DNA from: Limisphaerales bacterium
Lineage (GTDB): Bacteria > Verrucomicrobiota > Verrucomicrobiia > Limisphaerales > JAJOIW01
Assembly (NCBI GenBank): GCA_965657355.1
Contig: CBFHOE010000002.1
Location: 64,001 to 128,000, forward strand
Length of the DNA: 64,000 nucleotides
Direction: 5' to 3'
Below the pieces are notes generated by a model. That model was not told the DNA's origin. It saw only the letters and a list, made by a program, of their open reading frames with translations, and searched no databases. Positions 1 to 10,742 of the stretch are shown one piece after another. A program made the position numbers and the translations under genes. Position 1 is the first letter of the stretch. Each line of letters begins with the position of its first letter.

Positions 1-2
1 CA

Positions 3-1175
3 GATAAAAGTTTACCTAAAAATGGCCCCGGACGAGCATCAGGCGACGGAAATTTTGTACTCACCGAAATTGTTGCAGAGCTTTTCGAACCTGTATCGCA
101 ACCCAAAGGCAATGGAGCCGGATCGGAACTCAAAGTTTGGGACACAACGAGTGGAGAGGCCTCTGGGTGGAAACCGAATGACAGGTCTGAATGGCTTAAA
201 CTAGATAGTGGATTATTTGCTCTGAAATCCGAAGATGCTGATCCATATATTACAGTTGATTTCTCTGGTCCTTCGGGTTGGTATCAGGTCGATGTCCTCA
301 TGGAGATAGCAACAAAAGATCAAGTTGAGGCTCAGCTTTTTTACAGCGAGGAAAAACCACATCAATATTCAGAGCAAAAGAGTTTAAGAGCTTTAATAGA
401 CCCTAAAGCAGGAGGAATTCAAAATGTTAGTTTCTTGTTCAAAGCTCAGTCACCATTAAAAAGTCTTCGGCTGGATCCCTCAGCAAAGAAAGGGGTTTCG
501 ACCATTTATCAAATATCCGCAACTCCTTTCGGCCAATTAAAATCCACAAAACTTAAGTTTTCCAAGGCAGTCTCGAATTTTAATCAAAATGGTTTCGAGG
601 TTAAAAAGGCCATCAATGGGAATCTTAATGGAAATGATGGATGGGCTATCGCACCTCAGATGGGAAAACCCCATACAGCACTCTTTACTTTGGAAAAGCC
701 CCTAAACCTTGACCCAAATATTGGAAGTTTTCTCAAATTGAGCTTAATCCAGAATTATAAAAGTAAATCTCATTCAATCGGTCGCTTTAATATACAAATG
801 ACGGACTCGGAACGAGCAGACGAATTCGGAGTTCCAGCATCGATAGCGTCAGTGGTAAAAATCCCTCAATCACAGCGGTCGGAAGACCAGACTAGCCAGC
901 TAGTCGAATATTTTGCAGACCAGAATGAAGAATATATAAAAACCAAAAAAGAGCTTGTTGAACTCAAGAAACCCATCCCTGATGATCCAAAAATAGCGGA
1001 ATTGGAAGGCGCAGTAAAATTAGCAGAGATGCCAGTCCCAAGGGATCCAATTTTAGAGCGCCTCAAATTAGACGTTGAGCTCAGTACTAATCAGTTAACG
1101 AATCCTAAGCTAACAGTCGCGCAGGATTTAGCTTGGGCTCTCATTAATAGTCCAGCCTTTCTCTTTAATCATTAA
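3..1175 (+). CDS. PSD1/DUF1553-type PVC protein, C-terminal part (runs off the left edge)
   Basis: The frame of ORF 300..1175 stays open to position 3 (DKSLPKNGPGRASGDGNFVLTEI...). It ends QDLAWALINSPAFLFNH, typical of DUF1553 proteins, and is followed by a DUF1501 gene. Confidence 0.8.
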   Translation, partial: DKSLPKNGPGRASGDGNFVLTEIVAELFEPVSQPKGNGAGSELKVWDTTSGEASGWKPNDRSEWLKLDSGLFALKSEDADPYITVDFSGPSGWYQVDVLMEIATKDQVEAQLFYSEEKPHQYSEQKSLRALIDPKAGGIQNVSFLFKAQSPLKSLRLDPSAKKGVSTIYQISATPFGQLKSTKLKFSKAVSNFNQNGFEVKKAINGNLNGNDGWAIAPQMGKPHTALFTLEKPLNLDPNIGSFLKLSLIQNYKSKSHSIGRFNIQMTDSERADEFGVPASIASVVKIPQSQRSEDQTSQLVEYFADQNEEYIKTKKELVELKKPIPDDPKIAELEGAVKLAEMPVPRDPILERLKLDVELSTNQLTNPKLTVAQDLAWALINSPAFLFNH

Positions 1176-1198
1176 TACAAAAAGCAAAGGAATAAGTT

Positions 1199-2668
1199 AT
1201 GTTCAGAATACCAGGCCCAAAAGGCAAAGACCTCTGTGATCCGCATCTCGGGTACACTCGACGAGATATCCTAAGAATGGGAGGAGCCGGCATGCTCGGC
1301 TTGACCCTGAACCAGGTATTCCGGGCCCAAGACCTGTCAGCAGCTGAAAACAGCATTTCAAAGGCAGGATGGGGAAAAGCAAAAAGCGTTATCATGGTTT
1401 ACCTCCAAGGAGGACCGAGTCATATCGACCTCTGGGATCCTAAAAGAGATGTACCAGATAATGTCAGAAGCGTATTTGGTGATATACCTACCAAAATCCC
1501 AGGCATACATTTTAGTGAGGTTTTACCGAACCTGGCAAAAGTGAATGACAAATTCACTATGATCAGGTCGATGAGTTACACACCAAATGGTTTATTCAAC
1601 CATACAGCGGCCATCTATCAAATGATGACAGGATATACGACTGACAAAGTGAGTCCGTCCGGCCAGCTAGAACCTCCTTCACCAAAAGATTTTCCTAATT
1701 TTGGCTCTCAAATAATTCGAATGAAGCCATCTACCGAGCCCATGCTTCCTTTTGTGATGCTCCCACGTCCACTTCAGGAGAGTAATGTTGTCGGCAAGGG
1801 TGGATCAGCCGGTTTCTTGGGAAAGGCCTACGAACCCTATACGCTTTACCCACAAGGAGGCGACATGGATATGGAAAAAATGGCAAGGATCAAGATAGAT
1901 GACCTTCAGCTTCAACCTGACATCTTTTCGCTTAGGCTAAAAAGAAGGGCCTCATTAAGAGATGCTATTAACGCACAAATGCCAAAGATTGAGAAGGCCG
2001 TTGAAAACTACTCTTTGGATTCTTATTATCAACAGGCACTTGATTTAATTATTTCCGGGAGAGCCCGGGATGCATTCGCTCTCGAACGTGAACCGGAAAA
2101 CATAAGAGATCTTTATGGTCGTAATACTTTCGGTGACTCCTGCCTCCTTGCAAGAAGGTTGGTAGAGGCAGGAACTAGAGTCGTTGAAGTGATCTGGCCT
2201 AAGGTTGCAAATTCCGACAATCACTCGTGGGATCATCACAAAGATCTATCTAAGCGAATGAAAAACCAATCTGCTCCGATGCTCGATAAGGGACTATCGG
2301 GTCTATTTACAGATCTTGATGAAAGAGGGCTGCTAGATGAAACGCTTGTCGTCGCTGTGGGTGAATTTGGTCGAAGCCCACAAAGAGGTGTTTCAACATC
2401 TGGAAACGGGAATACCGATGATGGCAGGGATCATTGGCCTTATTGCTACACATCTGTCATTGGCGGAGCTGGCATTAAGCGGGGGTATGTTCATGGTAAG
2501 TCCGATCAAACTGCCTCAGCTCCAACTGAGGACCCTGTTCACCCAGGTGAATTGCTTGCCTCCATTTATTATTCTCTTGGCATCGACCCTCAAACTATTG
2601 TGATGAACCATTTGAATCAACCAAGAGAGCTTGTAAAATCCCATCACTTACCTGCTCTTTTTGCCTAA
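1199..2668 (+). CDS. DUF1501 domain protein
   Basis: Twin-Arg-like [10 protein letters not shown]; motifs [37 protein letters not shown]. Confidence 0.9.
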   Translation: MFRIPGPKGKDLCDPHLGYTRRDILRMGGAGMLGLTLNQVFRAQDLSAAENSISKAGWGKAKSVIMVYLQGGPSHIDLWDPKRDVPDNVRSVFGDIPTKIPGIHFSEVLPNLAKVNDKFTMIRSMSYTPNGLFNHTAAIYQMMTGYTTDKVSPSGQLEPPSPKDFPNFGSQIIRMKPSTEPMLPFVMLPRPLQESNVVGKGGSAGFLGKAYEPYTLYPQGGDMDMEKMARIKIDDLQLQPDIFSLRLKRRASLRDAINAQMPKIEKAVENYSLDSYYQQALDLIISGRARDAFALEREPENIRDLYGRNTFGDSCLLARRLVEAGTRVVEVIWPKVANSDNHSWDHHKDLSKRMKNQSAPMLDKGLSGLFTDLDERGLLDETLVVAVGEFGRSPQRGVSTSGNGNTDDGRDHWPYCYTSVIGGAGIKRGYVHGKSDQTASAPTEDPVHPGELLASIYYSLGIDPQTIVMNHLNQPRELVKSHHLPALFA

Positions 2669-2701
2669 GAAAATTTTTCAAAAAGATTTACGACTTGTTA
2701 C

Positions 2702-2728
2702 ACACCTTCCAAATGGAAGGTGTTTTTT
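2702..2728 (+). terminator. Intrinsic terminator after the DUF1501 gene
   Basis: ACACCTTCCA-AA-TGGAAGGTGT inverted repeat followed by a T run. Confidence 0.8.
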
Positions 2729-2761
2729 ATTAGGATCCAAAAACTTAATAAAAGATTAATT

Positions 2762-4234
2762 TTATCTGACACCTTTTGATCTCTGGTATTCGAGGAAGTG
2801 TTGGTTCACTTTATGATCTGATGGCGCCGCCCAGGCAGAGTCCTTGCGCGGCAGAGCTTTTTTTAACTCCGATATGAGATTCTTATATTGTGGGATCTCA
2901 GCTAAGTTTTTCCATTCATTAGGATCACTCTGATGATCATACAGCTCAAGACTACCATCGTAATACTTTGTCAACCGGTATCTATCATTCTTAATCGAAT
3001 AGTTACCTCTACCATAGGCCGTTAAAGCAGGGTATGGCCATAATTCCATTGGATTCCTGATCAAGGGTAATAAGGATTGTCCCTGGTTAGTGTCATTAGG
3101 ACTCAGATGACATAAATCCAAAAGTGTTGGATAAATATCGATTAATTCAACAGGCCTGCTGCATTGTTGGTTTTGAGGCAACCCTGGCCCAGCTATTACT
3201 AGAGGAACCTTAGTGGATCGATCCCACAAGGTGTGCTTAGAAAAGCGATTTTTTTCACCCATATGATACCCATGATCACTGAACAAAACTATGATTGTAT
3301 TATCTCTAAATTGACTTTCATTCAGAGCTTTCAGGACTCTTCCAATTTGGTAATCAACAAAATGAACGCTAGCAAGGTAAGCTCTGACGGCCATTTTCCA
3401 TTGTTGAGTCGATTGGGCCCATTTTGTGGTTGGCATTTGAGGCGTCGTATTTACGGAAATTCCCGCTTCAGGAATGTCATCTAGATCGTTAGTTTTCCAG
3501 GGAGGGAGTTGGATGGAATCCGATGGAAATTTTTCCAACCACGCTTTTGGAACATACCAAGGAACATGAGGACGCATGAAACCCACCGCCAAAAAGAACG
3601 GAGCACTTTGGTCTTCGGATAATTCGGAAATAGCAACATTAGCAATTTTGTGGTCCGGCATTTTGGAATCCCTGTCAGGAAAAGCCCCCCAATCGGTTTG
3701 AGTACCTCCAAATTTTTCTGGAAACCAGGACGGATCATAGGAGAATCTTTCTGTGGGTTTTGGGCCAAACCCATCGAACCTTCCATGGTCTACGTCAAAG
3801 TAAGCTGAAGCACTTCCATGAGTAATCTTCCCCACCGCAATTGTCCTGTATCCTGAATTTTTGAACCAATCTGGCAGATGAATAATTTCCTTTTTACCCT
3901 CCATATACCGGTCATAGTCTTTCATTCTATACTGACCATAAATTCCGGTACGGTGTGGGTATAAACCAGTGAAAAGCGATGCCCTACTTGGGCCACAAAT
4001 AGGAGCTTGGCAGTGGGCGTTTGAAAAGGAAGTCCCTCGCGAGGCCAATGCGTCCATGTGCGGAGTGACTGCCTGTGGGTGTTGATTGAGGAATCCAGTC
4101 CAATCATTGAGATCATCAACAGCAATTAGAAGAACATTTTTCGTTCCCTTTTCTTGCCTTTTAAAATCTGATTGGGCCTGAATAGAAAAAGAGATGACGT
4201 AAAAAACCAAAAAAATAATTCGAGGTAATATCAT
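2762..4234 (-). CDS. Formylglycine-dependent sulfatase (iduronate/choline sulfatase-like), secreted
   Basis: Signal peptide; NVLLIAVDDL; CGPSRASLFTG (CxPxR); RPHVPW; SDHGYHMGEK. Confidence 0.92.
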   Translation of the reverse strand: MILPRIIFLVFYVISFSIQAQSDFKRQEKGTKNVLLIAVDDLNDWTGFLNQHPQAVTPHMDALASRGTSFSNAHCQAPICGPSRASLFTGLYPHRTGIYGQYRMKDYDRYMEGKKEIIHLPDWFKNSGYRTIAVGKITHGSASAYFDVDHGRFDGFGPKPTERFSYDPSWFPEKFGGTQTDWGAFPDRDSKMPDHKIANVAISELSEDQSAPFFLAVGFMRPHVPWYVPKAWLEKFPSDSIQLPPWKTNDLDDIPEAGISVNTTPQMPTTKWAQSTQQWKMAVRAYLASVHFVDYQIGRVLKALNESQFRDNTIIVLFSDHGYHMGEKNRFSKHTLWDRSTKVPLVIAGPGLPQNQQCSRPVELIDIYPTLLDLCHLSPNDTNQGQSLLPLIRNPMELWPYPALTAYGRGNYSIKNDRYRLTKYYDGSLELYDHQSDPNEWKNLAEIPQYKNLISELKKALPRKDSAWAAPSDHKVNQHFLEYQRSKGVR

Positions 4235-4269
4235 TCTTTATCTATTCACTTGAAATGAATATTGAAAAG

Positions 4270-4299
4270 AAAAAAGCACCGGGACATCTCCGGTGCTTT
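4270..4299 (-). terminator. Intrinsic terminator after the peroxiredoxin gene
   Basis: AAAGCACCGG-7 nt-CCGGTGCTTT stem; the A run at 4270-4275 gives a U tail on the minus strand. Confidence 0.75.
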
Positions 4300-4328
4300 A
4301 AAATAAAAAAATTGCTAATACTGTAATA

Positions 4329-4811
4329 TTAAGAAAGGCCTTCTAAAATCGATTTGATAGCATCAAAGTTTGGGAGATCTTTAGGTGTCGGTGTTTGCTC
4401 TGAATAAACAATTTTACCTTCCTTATCGACCACGAAAGCAGCCCTGGCTGCGGTCATTCCAAACCCGGCAAGATCGGGAATCACGACATCATAAGCTTGG
4501 ATGGTTTCTTTGTTGAGATCGGAGGCTAAAGTAATTGAAATGTTTTCTTTCTCTGCCCAGGCTTCTTGAGCAAAAACGCTATCTACGCTTATACCGATAA
4601 CATCGGCATTAAGATCTGAGTATACGGAAAGGCCGGCTGAAATATCACAGAATTCCTTCGTACAGACACTCGTAAATGCTAATGGAACGAATAATAAAAC
4701 GGTATTTTTGTTGCCAAAATTCTCGCTTAGTTTGACGTCGACAGGATCTTGGCCTGGTTTCTTTGACTTTAGAGAAAAGTCCGGAGCTTGATTACCAACT
4801 GATAAGGGCAT
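4329..4811 (-). CDS. Peroxiredoxin (AhpC/TSA family, AhpE/BCP-like)
   Basis: GNQAPDFSL; PLAFTSVCTKEFC (PxxxTxxC peroxidatic motif); GISVDS; RAAFVVDKEG. Confidence 0.9.
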   Translation of the reverse strand: MPLSVGNQAPDFSLKSKKPGQDPVDVKLSENFGNKNTVLLFVPLAFTSVCTKEFCDISAGLSVYSDLNADVIGISVDSVFAQEAWAEKENISITLASDLNKETIQAYDVVIPDLAGFGMTAARAAFVVDKEGKIVYSEQTPTPKDLPNFDAIKSILEGLS

Positions 4812-4904
4812 TGTTCGATTATTGATTTAAATTGAGAGTTATATCTTAACCTAGGCTCCGAAATATATGCTAGAAAATTTGGGAGTCAAAGGTTTTAACC
4901 TTTG

Positions 4905-5555
4905 CTATTTAGGAACTAAATCTTCGAAAATAAGACCGTCGAGGTCTTGATAAACGACACTTGCCATATGTAGTTTATCTTTTGCAAAAGTCTGGGCAAC
5001 ACCCACGCACCACATGCCGGCAGCAATAGCGGCTTCAATTCCATGGACGGCATCTTCAATGACAACACACCGTGAAGGAGATACTTTCAAAGATTCGGCA
5101 GCATGCAAAAAAATGTCCGGGGCTGGCTTCTTCCTCTTCACCATTTCACCAGAAACAACCAAATCCCAATCTTTCGCGGGAATTAAACCAATGGCATTTA
5201 AATTCGCGTTTACTTTTACTTTGTCAGCACTCGATGCGACAGCTGTTTTTATTCCCTTGGATCTAATTTCACGAGTTAGTCGCACCGCACCAGGAAAGGC
5301 TTTGAGCCTTGAGGGCACCAAATCGAGATAAATTTCGTAAGTTCTCTTTTTAGCCTCTGAAAGATTGAGGGCAATGCCATATTTCTCAGCAACACCACCT
5401 ATGTAACGGTCTTCCCCAGTCCCAACAAAAGGATAGAAGTCTTCTGGGAGTACATCATAGCCGAGTTCTTTATAAAAACGAACGGCTGCCTCATTTATGA
5501 GGCCTTCAGAATCCGTTAAGACCCCATCCATATCGAAGATAACTAAATCTACCAC
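4905..5555 (-). CDS. HAD-superfamily phosphatase (beta-PGM/CbbY-like, C1 cap)
   Basis: Motif I FDMDGVL, motif II VASS, KPAPDIF, IEDAVHG. Confidence 0.9.
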   Translation of the reverse strand: MVDLVIFDMDGVLTDSEGLINEAAVRFYKELGYDVLPEDFYPFVGTGEDRYIGGVAEKYGIALNLSEAKKRTYEIYLDLVPSRLKAFPGAVRLTREIRSKGIKTAVASSADKVKVNANLNAIGLIPAKDWDLVVSGEMVKRKKPAPDIFLHAAESLKVSPSRCVVIEDAVHGIEAAIAAGMWCVGVAQTFAKDKLHMASVVYQDLDGLIFEDLVPK

Positions 5556-5641
5556 GCGCTAAGGGAAACGGGAAATGGGTCGATATTCCAGCAAAAACAT
5601 GGATTTTTTGTTATTGGGCCATTGCGAAATGGTAATGAAAA

Positions 5642-7732
5642 ATGGATAATGTAGATGTGATCAATAGAGTCGGCAAAAAGATTTTAATGCTAGGACTGGT
5701 GCTGGGAATGTTCCTCATGCCTTCCCACTTACTATGCGCATCGCCAGAATTAGATTACGTTAAAATTTATAAAAAAATTAACTCAGCTTCTAAGGAACAA
5801 AAACAGGGAAATAAAGATCGGGCAAGAAAACTATTTAGCCAAAGTTTCAGCGAGATAAATACCTTTCGAAAAAAATATCCCACATGGAACCCAGGTATCA
5901 TAAACTTCAGAATTTCGTTCATTAATCAAAATTTAGAAGCTCTTGGAGCACCATCCGACCTGAAAGAGGAAACCAATAATTCTGGTGATGATGAACAAAC
6001 AAATAGAAAGAATTACGAAGTCCAACTGGCTGGTGACAGGCAAATTCTGAATCATCTCAGGTCCAGAGTCGAGTCTCTCGAACGTGAAAAATCTAACCTA
6101 GAAAAAAAACTGAGAGAAGCATTGACTGCAGCGCCTGACCAAGTGGACCCCGAGGACTTGGAAAGGACTCGCAACAAAGTTCGAGACCTCACGATTGAAA
6201 ACCAACTTCTGCAGGTTCAACTAGCTGAGTCCGTAAAAAAAGCTGCCAATATTGTTCCCTCAGATGATAGCGAAAAGACTATTCAAGAACTGAGCGACAA
6301 AATAACAATTCTCACACTTGAAAAACAGGGGCTTGGTCTCGAAATTGAGAAACTAAAATCTAAAAATATAGATGCCACAGGAGAGATCAAAACAACCATC
6401 GGTGATAGAAACAACCTGAACGAACTCCAGGACACCATTGATTTCCTTGAAAAGGAATTACAAGCATCAAAATCAAAACTGCTTTCTAAAACTCGTTCGG
6501 AAACAGAAGTAATCCAAGCATTGGAAAACATCAAAGATTCCAACCAACAACTTACCCTTGATAAGACTGATCTGGAATCTCAAGTAAAGGAATTAGAGTT
6601 AAAGCTATCTAAGCTTGACGGACTAAAACAGTATCAAAGCCATATAGAAGCGCTTGAAAGCGATTTGGCAACTAAAGACGATCAAATAAATAAATTAACT
6701 TCAGAAAACAAAAAATTAGAGGAGGATAATGCCCTTCTTAGTGAGAAAATCCAAAATCTCTCATTAGCCAATAAGAAGTTGAGCGAGTTACTAGCTGGTA
6801 AGGATAAGAAAATAATTGAGATGGACACTCAATTTCAAGCTTCTGTATCTCGTTATCAATCTAAAATCCAGGAACTTAGAGATCTTAATGATCAGTTGAA
6901 GAATTCTATTGCTGAATCGAGACCAGTAGGAGACGGAGCTGTTAATGAGCTTAAGTCGACAATAAATGTCATGCAAAAAGAGGTGAGCAGCCTGAAAAAC
7001 CAAAATAATTTATTGAAAGACGAAAACGCTGTTTTGAAACAATGGTTAACCAAATTAAATACCCAAATGGATGATTCTGGGAACGAGGTCATTGGCCGAT
7101 CAAAGACTCAGCTAACGAATTACAAACCCGGTGAGGTTCCAAAGTCAAAGACAAACCCCGGGGCATTTGACCTCGCTACTGGAAATGAACTGAGCAATGA
7201 AGCTAACAAGGAAAAACTTGCGAAAATTTCAGAAATTGAAAAAGAACTCAGTGAAGAACTTAAAAGCAACCCAAATGATTTAAAATTGAGAAACAGGTAT
7301 GCTGCCCTTTTGATGGACAAGGGTGATTTCAAAAAAGCGAGGGCATTCGTCAATGAAAATATTGCAATGTTTCCTGATGAATCCGAGCCATATGTTCTCC
7401 GGGCTTTACTTGCAAGGAGAGAAGAAAATTTCAAAGAAGCAGTGGGGATATTGGCCAAGGCTATTGAATTGTCTCCCAAAAATGCAAATGCTCATATGCT
7501 ATTGGGGACTATTTTGAGTGAGCTTGGGCACAGGAAGGCAGCCGAAGAGTCACTCCGGCGGGCCGTAAGATTGGACCCTAAAAATCCCCTAGCGCATTAC
7601 AATTTAACCGTCGCTTACCTCTTTCAAAAACCCGCTTATAAGGCTTTAGCACAATATCACTATTCAGAGGCTGTTCGACTGGGCCACCCTCGGGATGCTG
7701 AAATTGAACTGAGAATTCAAAGGACAAATTAA
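5642..7732 (+). CDS. Exported long coiled-coil protein with C-terminal TPR repeats
   Basis: N-terminal hydrophobic signal, about 350 aa of E/K/L/Q-rich heptads, TPR-like C-terminus (AHMLLG..., AHYNL...). Confidence 0.75.
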   Translation: MDNVDVINRVGKKILMLGLVLGMFLMPSHLLCASPELDYVKIYKKINSASKEQKQGNKDRARKLFSQSFSEINTFRKKYPTWNPGIINFRISFINQNLEALGAPSDLKEETNNSGDDEQTNRKNYEVQLAGDRQILNHLRSRVESLEREKSNLEKKLREALTAAPDQVDPEDLERTRNKVRDLTIENQLLQVQLAESVKKAANIVPSDDSEKTIQELSDKITILTLEKQGLGLEIEKLKSKNIDATGEIKTTIGDRNNLNELQDTIDFLEKELQASKSKLLSKTRSETEVIQALENIKDSNQQLTLDKTDLESQVKELELKLSKLDGLKQYQSHIEALESDLATKDDQINKLTSENKKLEEDNALLSEKIQNLSLANKKLSELLAGKDKKIIEMDTQFQASVSRYQSKIQELRDLNDQLKNSIAESRPVGDGAVNELKSTINVMQKEVSSLKNQNNLLKDENAVLKQWLTKLNTQMDDSGNEVIGRSKTQLTNYKPGEVPKSKTNPGAFDLATGNELSNEANKEKLAKISEIEKELSEELKSNPNDLKLRNRYAALLMDKGDFKKARAFVNENIAMFPDESEPYVLRALLARREENFKEAVGILAKAIELSPKNANAHMLLGTILSELGHRKAAEESLRRAVRLDPKNPLAHYNLTVAYLFQKPAYKALAQYHYSEAVRLGHPRDAEIELRIQRTN

Positions 7733-7757
7733 TTACCAAAAGACACCTTAAAAATTC

Positions 7758-8177
7758 ATGCTTCAAGCCATTCACAATTTAACGGTCCCGACCAGCGGAA
7801 GGGGTTTTACCATGATAACCTCCGAAGTTAATGGTTTTGTGAACGATTCAGGAATAACTACGGGATTAGCAACGCTTCAGCTTCAGCACACATCGGCCTC
7901 TCTTCTCATTCAAGAAAATGCAGATCCTGATGTCAGAGTTGACTTTGAGACTTGGATTTCAAAAATTGTTGCAGACGGTGATCCAGATTTCATCCACACT
8001 TTTGAGGGTAAGGATGATATGGCAGCACACATTAGAACAGCTCTTACGACAGTAAATTTAAGCATTCCCATCACTGATAATCGACTTGCGTTAGGGACAT
8101 GGCAGGGCATCTATCTCTGGGAACACAGGTATCATTCACATCGCAGAAATATTGTCATTCACCTCATTGGTGAGTAA
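7758..8177 (+). CDS. yjbQ: YjbQ/UPF0047 family protein (secondary thiamine-phosphate synthase)
   Basis: HTSASLLIQENADPDVRVD; DMAAHIR; LALGTWQGIYLWEHR. Confidence 0.9.
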   Translation: MLQAIHNLTVPTSGRGFTMITSEVNGFVNDSGITTGLATLQLQHTSASLLIQENADPDVRVDFETWISKIVADGDPDFIHTFEGKDDMAAHIRTALTTVNLSIPITDNRLALGTWQGIYLWEHRYHSHRRNIVIHLIGE

Positions 8178-8207
8178 AAGCGCCACCAGGTATTTATCGA
8201 TCATTAT

Positions 8208-9692
8208 TTATTCCTTCTGGAGTGTCCCAGGCAAAGGAACGAGCTGATAGCCTTCTTTGCCATCCATTATATGCCACCCCAAATTTTTAAGTTCATCTCG
8301 TAAGGCGTCCGACAACTCCCAATTCTTTTTGGCTCTATGCTCACATCGCTTGTCTGCAATCTCTTTGATGTGCGCGGGGGCATCGTATTTCTCAGGCTCA
8401 GGCAAGGCGATACCCAATGCCCCGAGAATATGAGCTAGCTCGCGCGCTACACTGGGCAAATCAACACCCGAATTCGATTCCGCAACCATTTGTTTTTCAA
8501 TTTGTTTAATAGTTGAAAAAACAAGTCCCAAAGCTTTTGGCGTATTCAGGTCGTCGAGAAGAGCGTCCCAAGCGTTACCGAAATATTTCCATTCTCCTTT
8601 TTCTATTTTTTTCTTAAGTATCGATTTGAATTGTGAAGGGATAGATTGGTTTGCAACGACCTTAAGTATTTGAGCAAATCTAGAGAGTTTATTCAGGGCC
8701 TGCTTGGCGGCAGTCAGAGATTCCAGAGTAAAATTGAGCTGTTGTCTGTAATGACCAGAAACAAGAACATATCTCAATTCATTAGCGGTATGCCCCTTTT
8801 CCTCAATATTGTCGACGGTGTATAAATTACCAAGGCTTTTAGACATCTTGCCACCATCTACCATGAGGTGCTCAATGTGAAACCAATGGTCAGCAAATGT
8901 CGCACAATGACAGGACTCACTCTGGGCTATTTCATTTTCATGGTGTGGAAAAATAAGGTCTACTCCACCAGAGTGCAAATCGAAGGTTTTCCCAAGGTAT
9001 TTAACACTCATAGCAGAACATTCGGTATGCCAGCCCGGTCTACCCTGCCCCCATGGACTTTCCCAAAAATTCTCTCCATCTTCTGGTTTCCGGCCTTTCC
9101 AAAGTGCAAAATCAACGAGACTTTCTTTTGGCTGATATTCGTCCGAGTCCGCTCGCTCCATCTGCTGGGTTTTTATTTCACGTTCTTTGAGTCGCGACAA
9201 TTCTCCGTATTTTTTCCATGATTTGACATCATAGTACACTGAGCCATCTTCGGTCGCATAGGCGTGTCCTTTTTTGACAAGTTCTTGGATAAGATTTATC
9301 TGTTCTGGTATATGAGAAACAGCCCCTGGTTCTAAATGTGGCCTGAGACATCCCAGTTTTTCTGAATCAACAGTGAGTTTTTCGTACCAGAAAGTTGTAA
9401 ATTCTTTTAAAGACTTCCCTGCCTTTTGAGAATCTCTGATCGTCTTGTCATCGACGTCTGTGATGTTTCGCACATGCTTTGTTCGCCAACCAGTTAATTC
9501 GACCGTGCGCCTCATGACATCTTGCATCAGGAAGGAACGGAAGTTTCCAATGTGCGCCGGGCCATAAACTGTTGGACCACAACAATAAAAGCGAAACACA
9601 TTTTGGTCACTAGCTTTAACAACTTTAACCGATCTCGACATGGTGTCGTATAGTTCGAGTTCGGAACGAATTTGATCTTTGTTTTCGGGCAT
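8208..9692 (-). CDS. cysS: Cysteine--tRNA ligase
   Basis: CGPTVY, HIGN (HIGH), [33 protein letters not shown]. Confidence 0.97.
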   Translation of the reverse strand: MPENKDQIRSELELYDTMSRSVKVVKASDQNVFRFYCCGPTVYGPAHIGNFRSFLMQDVMRRTVELTGWRTKHVRNITDVDDKTIRDSQKAGKSLKEFTTFWYEKLTVDSEKLGCLRPHLEPGAVSHIPEQINLIQELVKKGHAYATEDGSVYYDVKSWKKYGELSRLKEREIKTQQMERADSDEYQPKESLVDFALWKGRKPEDGENFWESPWGQGRPGWHTECSAMSVKYLGKTFDLHSGGVDLIFPHHENEIAQSESCHCATFADHWFHIEHLMVDGGKMSKSLGNLYTVDNIEEKGHTANELRYVLVSGHYRQQLNFTLESLTAAKQALNKLSRFAQILKVVANQSIPSQFKSILKKKIEKGEWKYFGNAWDALLDDLNTPKALGLVFSTIKQIEKQMVAESNSGVDLPSVARELAHILGALGIALPEPEKYDAPAHIKEIADKRCEHRAKKNWELSDALRDELKNLGWHIMDGKEGYQLVPLPGTLQKE

Positions 9693-9816
9693 TTCGACAG
9701 CTCTCTACCTCTGCCAGGGTCTGAATACTCAATCCTGACCAATAAGTTATTGATTAATGAAAAAACTTAATTTTGAGCGGGTATAACTTTTAGTAAAGTA
9801 ACTTTAGGCTGAAAAT

Positions 9817-10542
9817 TTATTCAGAATTTTTAATGTGTTTTATGGCACTTTTTGCGAAGAGTTCTCCAAGCTCTGTGTATCCTTCTTTTGTGTAATGAAG
9901 GTCGTTCATCTCACCATTTAAGTCATCCGTATCAATCCAGGAAACATTTTCATACTTTTTTGCGAATTCAACTTGTGCCTTTCTCACCTTGGTCCAGTGA
10001 GGATACCTTTCATTTTTCATATCAAAGTCGCTTAGCCGACCGACAATGACGTTGACGACTTGACTTTTTGTATCGATAGCAATTTGATCGACCAGCTTTT
10101 TTAGACTTTGACCATAGACTTCACCATGCTTTTCTCTAGCATCTCTCTCTCCTTGCATCCAGACGAGAGACACAGATTTCAAGGATTTATTACCTACGGA
10201 CTTTTTCACTTTTTTCATTAGGCGTTCATATAAATCGCCTGTCTGGGGGTAATTTTCGCCTTTGGCGTCCGTCCAATTGGGAATCCAACGCCTAATGGGT
10301 TGCCCTCCCAGGGCATCTTTCACGACGAGAATCTCATCTTTTCCAAAGGCATGCACAACGGCAGGAGTGAAACTTAAGTCAGGATTCAACCCGGCCATAT
10401 TGGACTGACCAGATAAAATGAACAAATGACATGATCGCCCATGAACATTTTCGTCTCCCCGGATATTACGGTCACTAGCCCCAAAAAAGACTAATAGCCA
10501 AGTTACCAACACGCTTAAGAATCGGCCACGACTTGTTGACAT
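9817..10542 (-). CDS. SASA/DUF303 carbohydrate acetylesterase (CE6-like SGNH hydrolase)
   Basis: LSGQSNM, WMQGERD, DLHY (DxxH triad region), N-terminal hydrophobic stretch. Start is ATG 10542 or GTG 10578. Confidence 0.82.
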   Translation of the reverse strand: MSTSRGRFLSVLVTWLLVFFGASDRNIRGDENVHGRSCHLFILSGQSNMAGLNPDLSFTPAVVHAFGKDEILVVKDALGGQPIRRWIPNWTDAKGENYPQTGDLYERLMKKVKKSVGNKSLKSVSLVWMQGERDAREKHGEVYGQSLKKLVDQIAIDTKSQVVNVIVGRLSDFDMKNERYPHWTKVRKAQVEFAKKYENVSWIDTDDLNGEMNDLHYTKEGYTELGELFAKSAIKHIKNSE

Positions 10543-10742
10543 GGCGGGAATAATAACAAATTTGGCCAATATAGCCACTCCTGACTTAAAATAATTCGAA
10601 TGTTTGGTGATTACCCGCTTGAAAGGATCGTGTGGTAGATTAACCTCTTGGTCGTATAATTTATTTTGGCCGAAAGAAAATGGGTCAGCTAAAATAATTG
10701 AACAAATTCGGGACTGTATTGTCCTAGGTTTTAGATTCGAAA

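Noticed and set aside
22..204. 60-aa ORF at the left edge
   Set aside because: Out-of-frame overlap with the open PSD1/DUF1553-type frame.
4329..5555. HAD plus thioredoxin-fold neighbour as a split SOQ1 architecture
   Set aside because: The neighbour is a PxxxTxxC peroxiredoxin, not a SOQ1/NHLRC2-type Trx domain, and no NHL gene is present.
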